Positions 1 to 14,368 of a DNA stretch of 64,000 nucleotides are shown here, in pieces. The number at the start of each line of letters is the position of its first letter. Position 1 is the stretch's first letter. Under the pieces are notes generated by a model. That model did no database searches and was not told where the DNA came from. It was given only the letters and a program-made list of their open reading frames with translations. Position numbers and translations under genes: made by a program. This DNA comes from Octopus vulgaris. Lineage: Eukaryota. The stretch lies in NCBI GenBank assembly GCA_951406725.2, contig OX597814.1, positions 173,166,001 through 173,230,000 of the forward strand. Reading direction: 5' to 3'.

Positions 1-26
1 TACTCTTTATCCTCCGTCTTATTATC

Positions 27-269
27 TATTTCTTTACTACCCACAAGGGGATAAACACAGAAGGGACAAACAAGGACAGACAAACGGATTAAGTCGATTA
101 TATCGAAACCCCTCCCCCCCTTGTGCGTAACTGGTACTTAATTTATCGATCCCGAAAGGATGAAAGGCAAAGTCGACCTCGGTGGAATTTGAACTCAGAA
201 CGTAACGGCAGACGAAATACGGCTACGCATTTCGCCCGGTCTGCTAACGTTTCTGCCAGCTCGCCGCCT
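27..269 (-). mobile_element. tRNA-derived SINE, family A
   Basis: The minus strand starts AGGCGGCGAGCTGGCAGAAACGTTAG (A-box-like) and contains GAGTTCAAATTCC (B-box). The body recurs more than 15 times in the window. Confidence 0.85.
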
Positions 270-754
270 CCGCCCTATTATTGTCATCATCATCGTCGTC
301 TTCGTTTTCGTCGCCGCTGTCACCGCCGTCGTCGTCGTCATCGTCATCGTCGCTATCGTCATAATCATTTCTTAAATCCCATTTGATAAGCACTAATAAG
401 AGGTCCGTACGTTGTTGCTCTACCTGCTAGAAATAGTGATAACAATTTCTGCATTTGATGCTGTACCATCTTCAAAATATGATTGAGTCGTTGGCTAACA
501 GGAAATTAGTTATACTATATAAGAAGCGAAAGTTCTGGTCGGTGCGGCTGTAAAGTTTTTGATCTACTCGACCGGTTTCACTAAACAAAAATTATCATCA
601 TGGTCAACACAGTCATCAGTATTACCATCATCATACTAATCCCATCATCATCATCATCATCATCACCATCATCATCATCATATCCTCGTCATCACCTCAT
701 CATCATTATCGAACACCGCCTTCATAATACAAAGGAAAGGGTGGTCAGCAGCAG

Positions 755-850
755 TAGTATGGGGGCATGCGCTGTAACAGTAACCCGCTGCATGCACCAT
801 ATGTTGGCGATTTCCTACTCCTGGCGGATGACACCTTTGTGCCACTCAGG
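755..850 (-). mobile_element. RTE LINE 3'-end relic
   Basis: GTATGGGGGCATGCGCTGT...GCTGCATGCACCAT resembles the 3' end of the RTE fragment at 49329-49380. Confidence 0.45.
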
Positions 851-979
851 TAACAACCTTCCAACCCATGGGACTGTTTTGGGTACTCGTTGGTCGGATT
901 ACCATTCCTACCCCAACCTCTTTTAGTCGCCTTTTGAGGATATGAAGAGGAGTCTATTCTTTGACATGCCGGTCCCCAC

Positions 980-1080
980 ACAACGTAAAATCAAGTGTTT
1001 TGCTCAAGAACACATCAATGTTCGAGAATCGAAGCCGCGACCTGCAGATCATGAATGCAATGCCCTAACCACTAAGCCAC
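980..1080 (-). mobile_element. SINE family C-like head fragment
   Basis: The minus strand reads GTGGCTTAGTGGTTAG...TTCGATTC...GTGTTCTTGAGCAA, matching the family C head at 6300-6630 and 26807. Confidence 0.6.
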
Positions 1081-1587
1081 TTGTCTTTACAAGTATGATC
1101 TATGTTAAATTATAAAAATTTATGGAAATAAAGAAATCCCACATTTTTGTTGACTGATCTGTCTAATATCCAGGGTAGTACCAGCCACTCTGCTTCTCTC
1201 AAGTGATGTTTTTTTCCCTGGGTGTGTGATGCTTTCATCTCAGTTTGACGGGGTAAGAAAGCAAACCGGGGACGGAGGACGCTAGGGTACTCAACAGAGA
1301 TGGACAATTAGACATTTTTCCTCCAGTCACTCGTCCTTACTCGCTTTCTGCAGGTATATGAACTGGAGCAGCAATTTCTAAGTTTATTACTAATTTGACA
1401 AACGTCATCACTGGAAAATGAGTCAGAACATGTGGTGTTTCATAAAAACGATTTGCATCTCTCGAACCGGAAAAAAAATATTACATTCTGAACTCCTCTG
1501 GTGCTGCAAGCGTTGTAAAGAAAACCAGCAGTATCAAGGTTCCTATTAATGCATCATTTAGTGCAGTCTCCTGAGAGAAATGCCTTC

Positions 1588-1825
1588 TACGTGGGTCAGC
1601 CTAAATGTTCATAGGCTGACCAAAATACTCTTATGGAATGTAATCAAGTGTACTTTATTTTTCAACATAGACCCAGTAGCGGTCCACACACTTCTTCCAT
1701 CAGTGTTACTGTGTTTGGTGTAAAAGCTTTCATCCTATTGGTCAAAATTTATCAACAGCAGTTATGACGTCATCATCACTGCGATACTGGTTCCCAGGTA
1801 AGTGTTTTTTCAAGTCAGGTAACAT
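1588..1825 (-). mobile_element. mariner transposon 3'-end fragment (decayed)
   Basis: The minus strand translates to LPDLKKHLPGNQYRSDDDVITAV...WKKCVDR...YVEK*, a typical mariner C-terminus. It ends in a TIR-like TACGTGGGTCAGCCTAAATGTTC. Confidence 0.7.
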
Positions 1826-3321
1826 GAGTAACAACAGGTGAGCGTCTGCACTGTGAATCCCTCAACAGTATCTCCATAGCGGCATTTTGTAGGTTCCTTG
1901 TTTTCTTTCTTGTTTTACTTCAATTGAAGCTGGAAAATTGTAATAGAAGGATTTTTAAAAAATTATTTTCAAAAATCTTATTCGCACTATCAGTGAATTA
2001 TTTACAATTTCTTAAAATAGAAGCGACGAATTATCAAGCGGGCATGTGACTGGCTGCTAGTATACGTCTTTGAGGAGGCCAATAAAGCCGGAATACATCT
2101 GGCGTATTCGCTAGCCTACACTAGGATGATTTACCGTCCCCTTCAACATTGATTGTGTTTGTAACGCAGTACATCTGTAAGAGACGTTATTTTGGGAATG
2201 AATGCCTCAGTAACTAGCCTACCAACGATGTATGTATACATTAAGTATGAGTAACAAGAAGAGAAGGGCTGGTTGTAGGAGTGCATGTGAGCAGAAGAAA
2301 AGAAAAGTAGTGGTAGATGTGGTGTAAGAATAAGGATGTTATTGAATGAATCTTTGTTAATTATCAACTCCGAAAGTTATGAGAAGTGCGACTGAATCTG
2401 ACGGGACCATGAGGCAGAAAATAACGTGACGCAACCAAATACGACAGGATGTATTGAACAGATTTTGCCATTCACAAATCTTCGTTTTGATTTAATATTA
2501 TGAAATTATTCATGTTGAAGATACGATATAATAGATTTCATATTTAATTTTAGAAATGGATATTTCCTGATTTTATTTTTTAAAAATCGCGAAGAAATAC
2601 ACAAGTACAAGGTATGTAAAGGATGAATATGCAGATGTGTAAAACATATGCAAAAAGATTCAAAGAGTAAAGGTTGGGGATATCAGTCAAAAGGTCAAAT
2701 GGAAGAAAATACTAAACTTCAAAACGTTTAATAAAAGGTCATATTCATCCAAATATGTTTCTTGAGAAATTGTAATACACGAAGACTTTGTGTAACGCTT
2801 GTATTTATATGTATGTGTAACGTGTATTTATGATGATATTTATACGTAATAGAACGCAGTACGCATAACATGTAATACATTCCCATTTGAGTAACAATGA
2901 CAAGAAGTTCTTAATGAAAAAAATAAGTTTATAAAGACTGTTAATGACAAATCTGGGATTGACGTGCAAGAACACATGCACACATAGAAATATACATACG
3001 GACCTGTGTGATAAGTATTTACTTATTATTATTTACTGGGTATTTACTAGAGGAAATGCTGGTTGGTAATCATAGATATATTGTCACTAAAGAGTTAAAA
3101 AAAAATATTTTTATATAACTGTGGTTTTGACTATCGCCTACTTAACCTGGAGTCTGTTTCTTGTCATACGTTTCTGGTTACACACACACACAGACACACA
3201 CAAACACATATCTATATGTATGTAGGTATGTATGTATAAATATGTATATATATGTGTGCGTGTGTGTGTGCATGTAGGTGATATATATATATATGTATAT
3301 ATATATATACATACATATGTA

Positions 3322-3403
<82 letters not shown>

Positions 3404-3695
3404 TACACACACACACACATATATATATCATCAATAAATCTCCATCGGCATATAAGTGTGCTTTTGTATGTAATTATTGATTTGAGTAAGTTTGTGTGCG
3501 TATTTGTGTATTTGTGAACATGTCTCTGCGCGCGCACATGTCTGCGTCGCTCCATAGTTCATGTTGATATAAAATTCTAAGAAGGAACACCAGTGTTTGA
3601 ATAAATTTGCATAATTACAATGTGTATGAACAGCTGAAGAAAACTAAAGGGTAAAAGAAAAAAAAACAACTGTCGGTAGCCCAAAAACGTTTTCA

Positions 3696-3734
<39 letters not shown>

Positions 3735-3795
3735 TATACATTGCACAAGATTTTTTGTAACCTACAGTTGTTATGTTTGTATGTATGTATGTATG

Positions 3796-3870
<75 letters not shown>

Positions 3871-4081
3871 ATGTATACATATGTGTGTTTATGTGTATAT
3901 ATATATGTGTATGTGTGTGTGTATATATATATGTATATATATATATATCTATGTATATACATATATATTGTTGTGTATATATTCATACATACATACGTAT
4001 ACATAATTGCTTATATGTATATATCTTTATATATATGTTCTAGATAGATAGAGAGATAGACAAACAGACAGACAGATAGAT

Positions 4082-4155
<74 letters not shown>

Positions 4156-4599
4156 TCATATTTACATTGCACAACTATTTACATACTTTTCAATGTCAAT
4201 ATCAAAGTTTTAACTTTTACATATAGTCAATGTGAAGTTTTTTTGTGAATGTAGCCGAGGCTAAGTATCTTCACTGTGTTATATTCAGTTACTTAATTCG
4301 AACTGTTTATGCATCCATGGAACTTCCACTCACTGTTCGTGTGTACAAAAAACGAAACCCACTTTACTGGCACAACCGTTTAAAACACTTTTGTTGAGTT
4401 TGATATAATTATTTTTTACATTTCCGTGTATGGTCGATATGAAAAAGGCTGATGACTTTGCTACCACTGATTCTTATCCACTAATTGTTCAAATATCACT
4501 TGGTCGAAATGATGATACTTGATAATTTTTACAGTCACTTTGGTAGAATCAATGAAATTTATTTCAAATATAACGTCTTATAGGGCATTCTTTTCTATT

Positions 4600-4787
4600 C
4601 TCATTTTACTTGTTTCAATCATTTCACTGCGGCCATGCTGCAGCACTGCCTTATTGTCGAGCAAATCGCCCCCAGGACTTATTCTTAGGAAGCCTAGTAC
4701 TTATTCTATCGGTCTCAGAATGTGAAGACAGATGAAATGTTGCTAAACATTTCGATTAGCTTGCTAAAAATTGTCAGCTCACTGCCT

Positions 4788-4851
<64 letters not shown>

Positions 4852-4887
4852 CATCAGTAGCAGCAGCAGCAGTAGTAGTAGTAGTAA

Positions 4888-4928
<41 letters not shown>

Positions 4929-5190
4929 AGTTACGGGGAGGTAAACATCGCTGGTTGTCAAACGATGTTGGGAGGTCAAACACAGACACACAAACACACA
5001 CACACATACATGTATATATGTACATATATACGACGGCCTTCTTTCAGTTTCCGTCTACCAAATCCACTCACAAGGCTTTGGTCAGCCCGAGGCTATAGTA
5101 TAAGACACTTGTCCAAGGTGCCACGCAATGGGACTGAACTCGGAACCATGTGGTTGATAAGCAAGCTACTTACCACACAGCCACTCCTGC
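4600..5190 (-). mobile_element. SINE family B, interrupted at ~4716-4926
   Basis: Matches 21545-21980 in reverse. The interruption is a decayed family-A head plus (GTA)n. Confidence 0.8.
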
Positions 5191-5551
5191 GCATAATGAA
5201 CTATTTCAGGTTATCAAAACAGAATTCATACATAATTCGACTTAACATGTTCAAAACAGTTGCTGTCAAGTAATTGACAAACCCCGTGTCCAACGGATGC
5301 TTCAGTAAAGTAAAGTGGCATCAACTCTTCTAGACTTGTTTGGAATCTCACCTCATCACTAGACAGGAGTAAATGCACCTTATTTATTTACTTGCAGCAG
5401 CAATACTTATATGCCTTAGTAAGCTACCAGATCTACTGTCCTCTCAGAAATTATTCTCTTTTTTCTTTGGTTTCGGTAAAAAAATCTAGAGCAACTTATC
5501 GTCCTTTTAGAACGTAAAATATTATTTTCGTGTGGATTTCCAGATATTTCC

Positions 5552-6098
<547 letters not shown>

Positions 6099-6299
6099 AC
6101 ATATTATTAAGCGAAAGGTAACATTTTAAACATCCAGTAAGATTTTGAGTCACCGCGGTTCAAAATCTTCAAAAACCTGTGATCACTGCATTTATAGAAA
6201 CTACCCTATCGACTGTTAGCATGTGTTCTGGCTTTCAAGCAGACTCTACTTGAGCACATTCACACATGAAACTCTCAACGTTCTTATGGATGGATAAAG

Positions 6300-6630
6300 A
6301 GTAAAGATCTCCTTTGGTCATGTATGATCATAGGATTGCACCACGAAAGTTCCCCTCCAAGGCACAAGTCCGGGGAAGGTTTTTTTATGGAGGACCAGCA
6401 GTCGCCCGTGCATACCAGCCTCCCCTCTCTACGCCACCGATGTTATCCAAGGGAGAAGCAAAGGCCTTCACAGCTTAGCACCAGTGATGTTGCAACTCAT
6501 TTCTACAGTTGAGTGAGCTGGAACAACGTGAAGTAAAATGTCTTGCTCAAGAACACAACGCACAGCCCGGTTCGGGAATCAAACTCACTACCTCACGCTT
6601 GCGAGCCCGACGCACAAACCACTGAGCCAT
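6300..6630 (-). mobile_element. tRNA-derived SINE, family C
   Basis: The minus strand has ATGGCTCAGTGG (A-box) and GAGTTTGATTCC (B-box), then TTGTGTTCTTGAGCAAGAC. Homologous to 26807-27440. Confidence 0.8.
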
Positions 6631-7244
6631 CAGACAGATTGGGGAAAAGTATGTACCTGAAACGTACCAATATATAAACGTATATATTGTGAGAGTAATC
6701 AATATCCACTCTGCCTAATATTTTCCTTTGACTTTTTTTTTCTCATAAATAACGCCAAAAGCAAAGTTCATATGCTGTTATTCTTTTCAAAGACCTGCTA
6801 TTTTATCTGGCACGTTTCATTTACGAGTGCTTCGACTCTTGGAAACCGTTGACTACTTTTAGTCTTCTTTTGTATTAGGAACATACAATTTCTTACTCTT
6901 CCAAACTCTGAGAATTTTTAAACGAATCGGATTGAAAGTAAAGGTATCAATCAGTGAAAAATTTTGAAGCTCGTTGCTTTTGCCAAGGGAGTAAGAATTT
7001 CGGACATTACACTTAGTGAAGTTTGAAAGCGATAAACATCCTATCAGAGTCACCTTTTGTAAACAACTAATAACTTATAAACATCTAATTATTAAAGTCT
7101 GAAAATTATCAGAAAAGTCATTTCTATTCATTATCTTCAAATACGTAGCCGCGTATGTGTACGTACATACATACATATTACATATATTGTGCTCGGCGTG
7201 CTAACGATTCTGCTAGCACGTTGCTTTGCTTCTATTTAATATAT

Positions 7245-7450
7245 CGGTTTCGTTTTTGCACAAGGTCAGATATTTTGAGTGAAGGGAGTAAGACGATTAG
7301 TTCGACTTCAGTACCCAACTGGTACTTATTCTATCGACACCAAATGGATGTAAAATAAAATCGACCTCAGCGGAATTCGAATATAAAGACGGACGAAATA
7401 CTGCTAAGAATTTTGCCCGGCGAAGCAACGATTCTGCCAGCTCGCTACCT
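7245..7450 (-). mobile_element. SINE family A, older degenerate copy
   Basis: Diverged match (ACTGGTACTTATT...TCGACCTCAGCGGAATT...GATTCTGCCAGCTCGC). Confidence 0.7.
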
Positions 7451-7689
7451 AATTTCTGCTTAATATATTGAATACGTTTTCTTCATTTGCTGCTACAAAT
7501 ATTTATCTTTCAACATAAACAATTGCACACGAACGCTATTTATATGACAACACTTTTTCACTTTCTCCTCACTGTCTGACTAGAGATAAAACTTGAAACA
7601 TTAAACTCTACAATCCTCACGATAAAACCTAACCAACTCATCTGTCTTGTTCATTAACTCTTACTGATGCAGTCTGTTATTAGTCTCTC

Positions 7690-8074
7690 TTTCTCTTTTA
7701 CTTGTTTCAGACGTGTGACTGTGGCCATGCTGGAGCACCGCCTTTAGTCGAGCAAATCGACCCCAGGACTTATTCTTTGTAAGCCTAGTACTTATTCTAT
7801 CGCTCTCTTTTGCCGGACCGCTAAGTTACAGGGACGAAAACACACCAGCGTCAGTTGTCAAGTGATGTTGGGGGGAACTAACACAGACACACATACATAT
7901 ATATACATATACACGACGGGCTTCTTTCAGTTTCCATCTACCAAATCCACTTACAACGCTTTGGTCGGCCCCAAGCCTATAGTAAAAGACACTTGCCCAA
8001 GGTGCCACGCAGTGGAACTGAACTCGGAACCATGTGATTTGCAAGCTACTTACCACACAGCCACTCCTACGCCT
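7690..8074 (-). mobile_element. SINE family B, full length
   Basis: Reverse-complement match to 21545-21980 from head (AGGCGTAGGAGTGGCTGTGTGGTAAG) to tail. Confidence 0.85.
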
Positions 8075-8778
8075 AATCAGCTTTTGCTAATAGCGTATGG
8101 CAATGCTAACCAATCTTAACCAGGAGATACTTCCTGAAATTCTACGCATTATTTTCATTATATTAATTTCTATAGCAAGGTCACAGTATTTGGATTTCGG
8201 ACCATATGAAAGATGTAAGCCATTATTGTGTCTTACTTTTGAAGTTAATAGTGCGATATTCTTGTTTTTAACTGATAAACTATAGATTTTGTATGGAAAT
8301 CAGAGCTAGCACTGTAAGTTATAAACTATGAACTATCATCTATAAACTATACGTATACGATACTATCGTTATATAGCGTAAGTTGTATAGCTACATATTT
8401 ACTTACAGCGGAGTGCGCTGGTTATGAATCCTGCTCAGTGCCAGAATTGAGCTTGATGATATCTCGTCATTATTGAGAACTGGTCAGAAGCAATATTCTC
8501 ATGAACACCCACCCACACACAAACTTTCTCTTTATCTATCTATCCGTTTCTCTCTTTCTATCTATCTACCTAGCATACATCAAAAAGTCATACGCATAGT
8601 TGGTGATATTGATACTAACAAGGGCTCAGTCTACTACCTAATGCACCATGTATATACACACACACATGCACACACATATACATGCACATATATATATATG
8701 TATGTATGGACGCATATGTGTACGCGAATACATATAATTATGCACATGTATGTCTCTCTCGTTCTCTATATATGCATA

Positions 8779-8846
<68 letters not shown>

Positions 8847-9881
8847 ACACACACGCGCGCACACGAACACACACGCACACACATATATATATATACCAAC
8901 ATATCTATATGTCTCTATGTATGTATGTTTGATATTATGCGTATACTGCGTACGTTTATGTGTGTATGTATGTGTGAGAGGACGTCTGTCTGTGTTCTCT
9001 GTGAATGAATGAAGAAATGAATGAATGAATGAATGAATGAATGAATGATAAGAAAAAAGGAAGTATAGAAAAAAAAGAACCATGTGAAAAGAATTGAGAA
9101 AGAAAATAACAAAAGAAACAAAAAAATGCCAATGATTTCTCTCCGTTTCTGTAGAGAATAATGGCTGCCACTAAAATTCTCCCGAAACTCCAACATAACA
9201 GAATTAAAGCAATGATAGATTCTAGTCAGGCTCTTCTTAATGGATTACTGTTTCTTTCTTTTACTCTTTTTCCTTCTTTTCTTTCTCTTCTTGTTTCTTC
9301 TTTTCTTATTCTTCCCTTTTTGTTTTTTTATTGGTTTTTTTTTTTGTCTTTTTCTCGTCTTTGGCAAGAATTCGGTAAGCTGAAGAACGGAACAGAAACA
9401 CTGCTATTTTGGATGAAACCAGCGGCAAGTTCAAACGATAATGACCTTTATTTGCTATTTTGTAACTATTTTTTGTGCTATTTGTTTTTGTCTGCTTTTT
9501 ATTTTGTTTTTGTTTTTGTTTTTCAGATAGGGGCATGTTCGGTCTATGACTCTCTGTGAATATATGTATACGAATGTATATGTACGATAGGTTTAGGACG
9601 GGGTTGTGGGCATAGGAGCGAAGCCTTCTTCTTTTATGCTTGTTTGTTGTACTTTTGTTATGTATGTAGTATTTTCTTCTGTAATTTAATTTTTGTTTTT
9701 GGTGATTATTTTTTTCTTATTTTCTTTATTTCTTCTCTACTTCTTCAATTACTGTATCTACCAAGAAATAAATATGCTATACGTTACCTTGCCTGCATGA
9801 ATATTAATTCTAACATCCAGGTATAAACACAACGCATTTCAAAACGTACAAGGCACTTACAAACACACACAGAGGCACACA

Positions 9882-9936
<55 letters not shown>

Positions 9937-10075
9937 ATGTGTACATATATATATATACATATTTATATATATATGTATATATATATGTATATGTATATAT
10001 ATGTATATATATATATATATGTATATGTGTATATATATATACATATTTATATATATATGTATATGTATATGTATA

Positions 10076-10113
<38 letters not shown>

Positions 10114-11323
10114 TATATGTGTATATATATATATACACATACATATACATGTATATATATACATATATACATATATATATATATACATACATACACACAC
10201 ATATATATGCACACACATATACGCAAACACACGCACACATACGCACACTTATGTACGTAACGTCAGCAACAGCATACAGAGATGATATAGATACATATAC
10301 ACATATACGAGTGTGCGTATGCATTTATTCGTAGCTGAATATTTTACTCCCTCGCAACTTCGAAGTTTCCATTTATATCACGTTCCCTTGGCATACATGC
10401 ATACATACATACATACATACATACATACATACATAAACAAATACACACATGCATACACTCAACACACACACACATACATATACATGTCTGCATCTATATT
10501 CGCTTATCCCTATTCTAGATTTTCATAATCAGTATCACTACATGCCTTTTATTTGTGTACATACGATTCTCGCCCCTACCTATTGCTGTTTGATTTGAAT
10601 ATGATTCACTGATGAGGTTTGAAGAGACTGAAATACTTTCTCACACACACACACATCTATACAACCCAAGAAACTGCGAGATAGCTTGTATTATCATCGA
10701 ATTTTTCTTTGGCTGGGTTCTATTATTATAGAATTATCGTAGAATACATACATAAAGGATAAATAAAATATGGGAGTTTGTTTATAAAAGAGCTAGTTAT
10801 GTAATATTACGTGTAAGGTAACTATGTCACGTTACACGTATTTCATCAATATTAAAAGTATTCCTTTTATAAGGAAATCCTTATAAATAGATTACATTAT
10901 GAGATCTGCAGACATGCGTAACTCACTTTAATGACATATATCATTTATACTAATGTCGATTATGCTTGCCGTCCATACCATAAAACTGTCTGGAGTCTAA
11001 TATAATTAGTAAAGCTTAGTAACGAGCGTAATCTAAATTGTTACGGTCGTTCATAACATAACACTGTCCAGAGTCTAGTATAAACCATAAATTTTTTGAA
11101 TGAGAATTACGAATCTCTGAGGATTGGATAATGCCATCAGATTATAGGTTTCTTCATTTAGTGAATATTTTTATTATTAATGAAATACACGTAAGATGAC
11201 ATCGTAACTAATTCATTTATAAACAAAATTTCCCCTTCGTATGGTTTTTTATATAACTTTTAGATATGTGTCCCATGGTATTGTTTTCTGTATATATAAA
11301 TGCTTTCCCAAATAAAATTGTAC

Positions 11324-11387
<64 letters not shown>

Positions 11388-11388
<1 letters not shown>

Positions 11389-11586
11389 TAGCTGAAATAC
11401 CCGGCGTTGCCAGGTTTAAAGAAAATAATGAAATATAATTATGCCTTTTAAATCTCTAAGTAAAATGAAGCATGGATTATGCAGTTCTTAACAGTAATTA
11501 GCTTCAATTCGTCTTAACTTTCAGGAAAATGGATATTGTTTAATGAAACAGCATGATGTAATTGGTTCATTTTTATTATAACCCTT

Positions 11587-11654
<68 letters not shown>

Positions 11655-12317
11655 CATTTACAGAATCGTGAGATAGACACCGCTTATCAAATCATCGTAG
11701 AAAATGCACATGTTTATTTGTTTATAAAATTATAGTTCTTAAATATGAGAGAAAGAAGCGAACCGTTTGTGTAATGGTAGAACGATTGTCACGAAAACAT
11801 GGAAGTGTGATTTCGAGCTCCACTCCTACAGAAAATCTTATCTTTTTTTGCATCCAGGACTTATATGCCCTAACATTAAACTATTTACCTTAGATAGTGA
11901 TCGTTTATAAGTTTTCCGCTTATAAAATATTATTATTATTATTGTTATTATTATTATCATTCAGTAGTTTTATTTTTATCGCGTGCTTTCACTTCACTAC
12001 CGAGCGCAGCTCTGTGTGCCTTAGGTATGTGCTGTGATTTGTTGTGATGCTCTGATGGTTATTGTATGGAAAGTGTTCTGCGTAGGATGTGTGCAATGCC
12101 TAGTAGTGCAATTTTCTGTATGTTATATGTGTTTGTAAGTCCTGGTGTTTTTGTTATGTATTTGTCTGAATATTTTTTTATCATGCCTAATGCACCTACT
12201 ATGATAGGAATTGTTTCTGTTTTTAGATTCCACATTCTGGTTACCTCTATTTCCAGGTCTTTGTATTTTGAAAGTTTCTCCATTTATTTTAGAGACACGT
12301 TATTATTATTATTGTTG

Positions 12318-12384
<67 letters not shown>

Positions 12385-12413
12385 CATTATTATTATTATT
12401 ATTATTTATAGGA
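11388..12413 (-). mobile_element. non-autonomous Helitron (3' end clear, 5' end tentative)
   Basis: The minus-strand 3' end is CCTGGCAACGCCGGG hairpin...CTAG|T inside (TA)n, the same terminal motif as the 22.7 kb Helitrons. A possible 5' A|TC lies at 12413. Confidence 0.55.
11961..12300 (-). mobile_element. R4/Dong-clade LINE, 5'-truncated (RLE C-terminus plus 3'UTR)
   Basis: ORF 12059-12283 EKLSKYKDLEIEVTRMW...IPIIVGALG...LLGIAHILRRTL carries the KxxKY / PIIVGALG restriction-like endonuclease motifs. It is flanked on both sides by (TTA)n. Confidence 0.85.
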
Positions 12414-12665
12414 TTGTAAAATTGACACCACTCACCAAATCATCGCATCAAAAGGTGTGTTATAATACTATTCTATAACCATATCAACAATCCAACATAC
12501 CTCCATCATCAGCTGACCCGAGGATATAAGGATAAGACCGATATTCTAAATAACGATCAAATCTATTTGTCATTTCACATTGTGCTGTATTGAACACTTA
12601 ATGTGGTTTTAGTCAGGTTTTGACTGCTGTTTCAAGCAGAGTGGTATCTCTTATATACCCTTATT

Positions 12666-12878
<213 letters not shown>

Positions 12879-12926
12879 AAACAAGTCAAAATAGAAAATG
12901 CTAAAATAATTTTATAAAGAACATTT

Positions 12927-12964
12927 CAGTACCGGTTTCCGTCATTTTGAGACCTTTTCAACTG
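12927..12964 (-). ncRNA. degenerate minimal hammerhead ribozyme motif (PLE-type)
   Basis: CAG TTGAAAA GGTC TCAAAAT GACG GAAA CCGG TA CTG gives stem I CAG/CTG, stem II, GAAA, palindromic stem III and a GTA triplet. The core deviates from CTGANGA. Confidence 0.5.
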
Positions 12965-13146
12965 TAACGATTAAATAATTAAATTTAGAAAAATTAGAAG
13001 AAAAGTTTTTTTAAAGGAATATTTGTATAGTGTTCAAATATAAGTGGCATTTTCCTTGCTTCTGCCTTGCTCTGTCTCTCTTGTTTATACTTGTGGCTTC
13101 GAGAAATATATACTTACATATAAGAGAACAAAATGTACGTATGCCG

Positions 13147-13184
<38 letters not shown>

Positions 13185-13217
13185 TTACATATAAGAGAAC
13201 AAAATGTACGTATGCCG

Positions 13218-13249
<32 letters not shown>

Positions 13250-13257
<8 letters not shown>

Positions 13258-13940
13258 CAAAATGGGACAAGAACGCAAAACATTCAGAAGACGATACAAA
13301 AAACATGGACGGGTCATTCGAACCTTTTAAACTTCAGTCAAGAACCGGATCATTCTCGCAATTTCGGTTGATTAATCTTGAGATTGCTCCAATCTGGCCA
13401 GCCCCAAGGAAAAACTAAGCTGAGAGCATTAGTTCCCTTGGAAAATAGCTCCGAATGTATATGATACAAGAACGGGAAAACGGACGATGTTACACGAATA
13501 TAAATACAAAAATAATACAAAAAAACAACAATAATAATAATAACAGGACATCACGACAGGCGTCTTTCGACTAGGAAACGAATTGAATTCAGCTGGCGTG
13601 TTAGGAATTGTGCCTTACGGCAGAGAAAAAGAATGTCGGTTTTGCCGCGACCGCTGCCAGACCCATTATTATTATTATTGTTTTTTCATATTATTTTTGT
13701 ATTTATATTCGTGTAACATCGTCCGTTTTTTCGTCCTTGTTTCGTATACATTCGAAGCTTTTTTCCAAGGAATCTAATGCTCTTAGCTTAGTTTTTCCTT
13801 GGGGCTGGCCAGATTGGAGCAATCTCAAGCCGAAATTGCGAGGATGATCCGGTTCTTGACTGAAGATTAAAGGCTTCAAATGACCCGTCCGTGTTTGTGG
13901 TATCGTCTTCTGGATGTTTTGCGTTCTTGTCCCATTTTTG

Positions 13941-13947
<7 letters not shown>
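13250..13947. repeat. inverted pair of a TA-embedded repeat (arms ~13250-13543 and ~13666-13947)
   Basis: The arms are reverse complements with scattered mismatches and one ~10 bp indel. A third partial copy lies at 60693-60810. Confidence 0.9.
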
Positions 13948-13983
<36 letters not shown>

Positions 13984-14002
13984 TAGATAGATAGATATAT
14001 AG

Positions 14003-14033
<31 letters not shown>

Positions 14034-14229
14034 TGTATGTATGTATGCATGTATGTATGCATGCATGTATGTATGCATGCATGTATGTATGTATGTATGT
14101 ATACGCTGCTTTCGTTTCTTCTTCCTGTCTCGTTCTTTATTTTCCTGTTTAAAATAATCTATCTGATATTCTTTTTCAGAAGAAGCAATCCGGAATAAAA
14201 ATACGCATAGCTGCTGCTGCTGCTGCAGC

Positions 14230-14264
<35 letters not shown>

Positions 14265-14368
14265 ATGATGATGATGATGATGATGACGACGACGACGAGG
14301 ACCAAGACGATGACGAGGACGACGATGTCGATGATGAAGATGATGATAATGATATTCCTGTATAAATA

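Noticed and set aside
123-386. Recurrent peptide MRNWYLIYR.RKDERQSRPRRNLNSER (also 14159, 23966, 32107)
   Set aside because: It is an antisense reading of SINE-A and is frameshifted in other copies, so it is not a protein family.
9161-9559. 132 aa hydrophobic ORF resembling a membrane protein
   Set aside because: The hydrophobicity comes from T-rich low-complexity DNA; no homology or splice support is visible.
10609-10645. CTGATGA GGTT..GACT GAAA hammerhead core
   Set aside because: The core and stem II are plausible, but I found no stem III, NUH or stem I partner.
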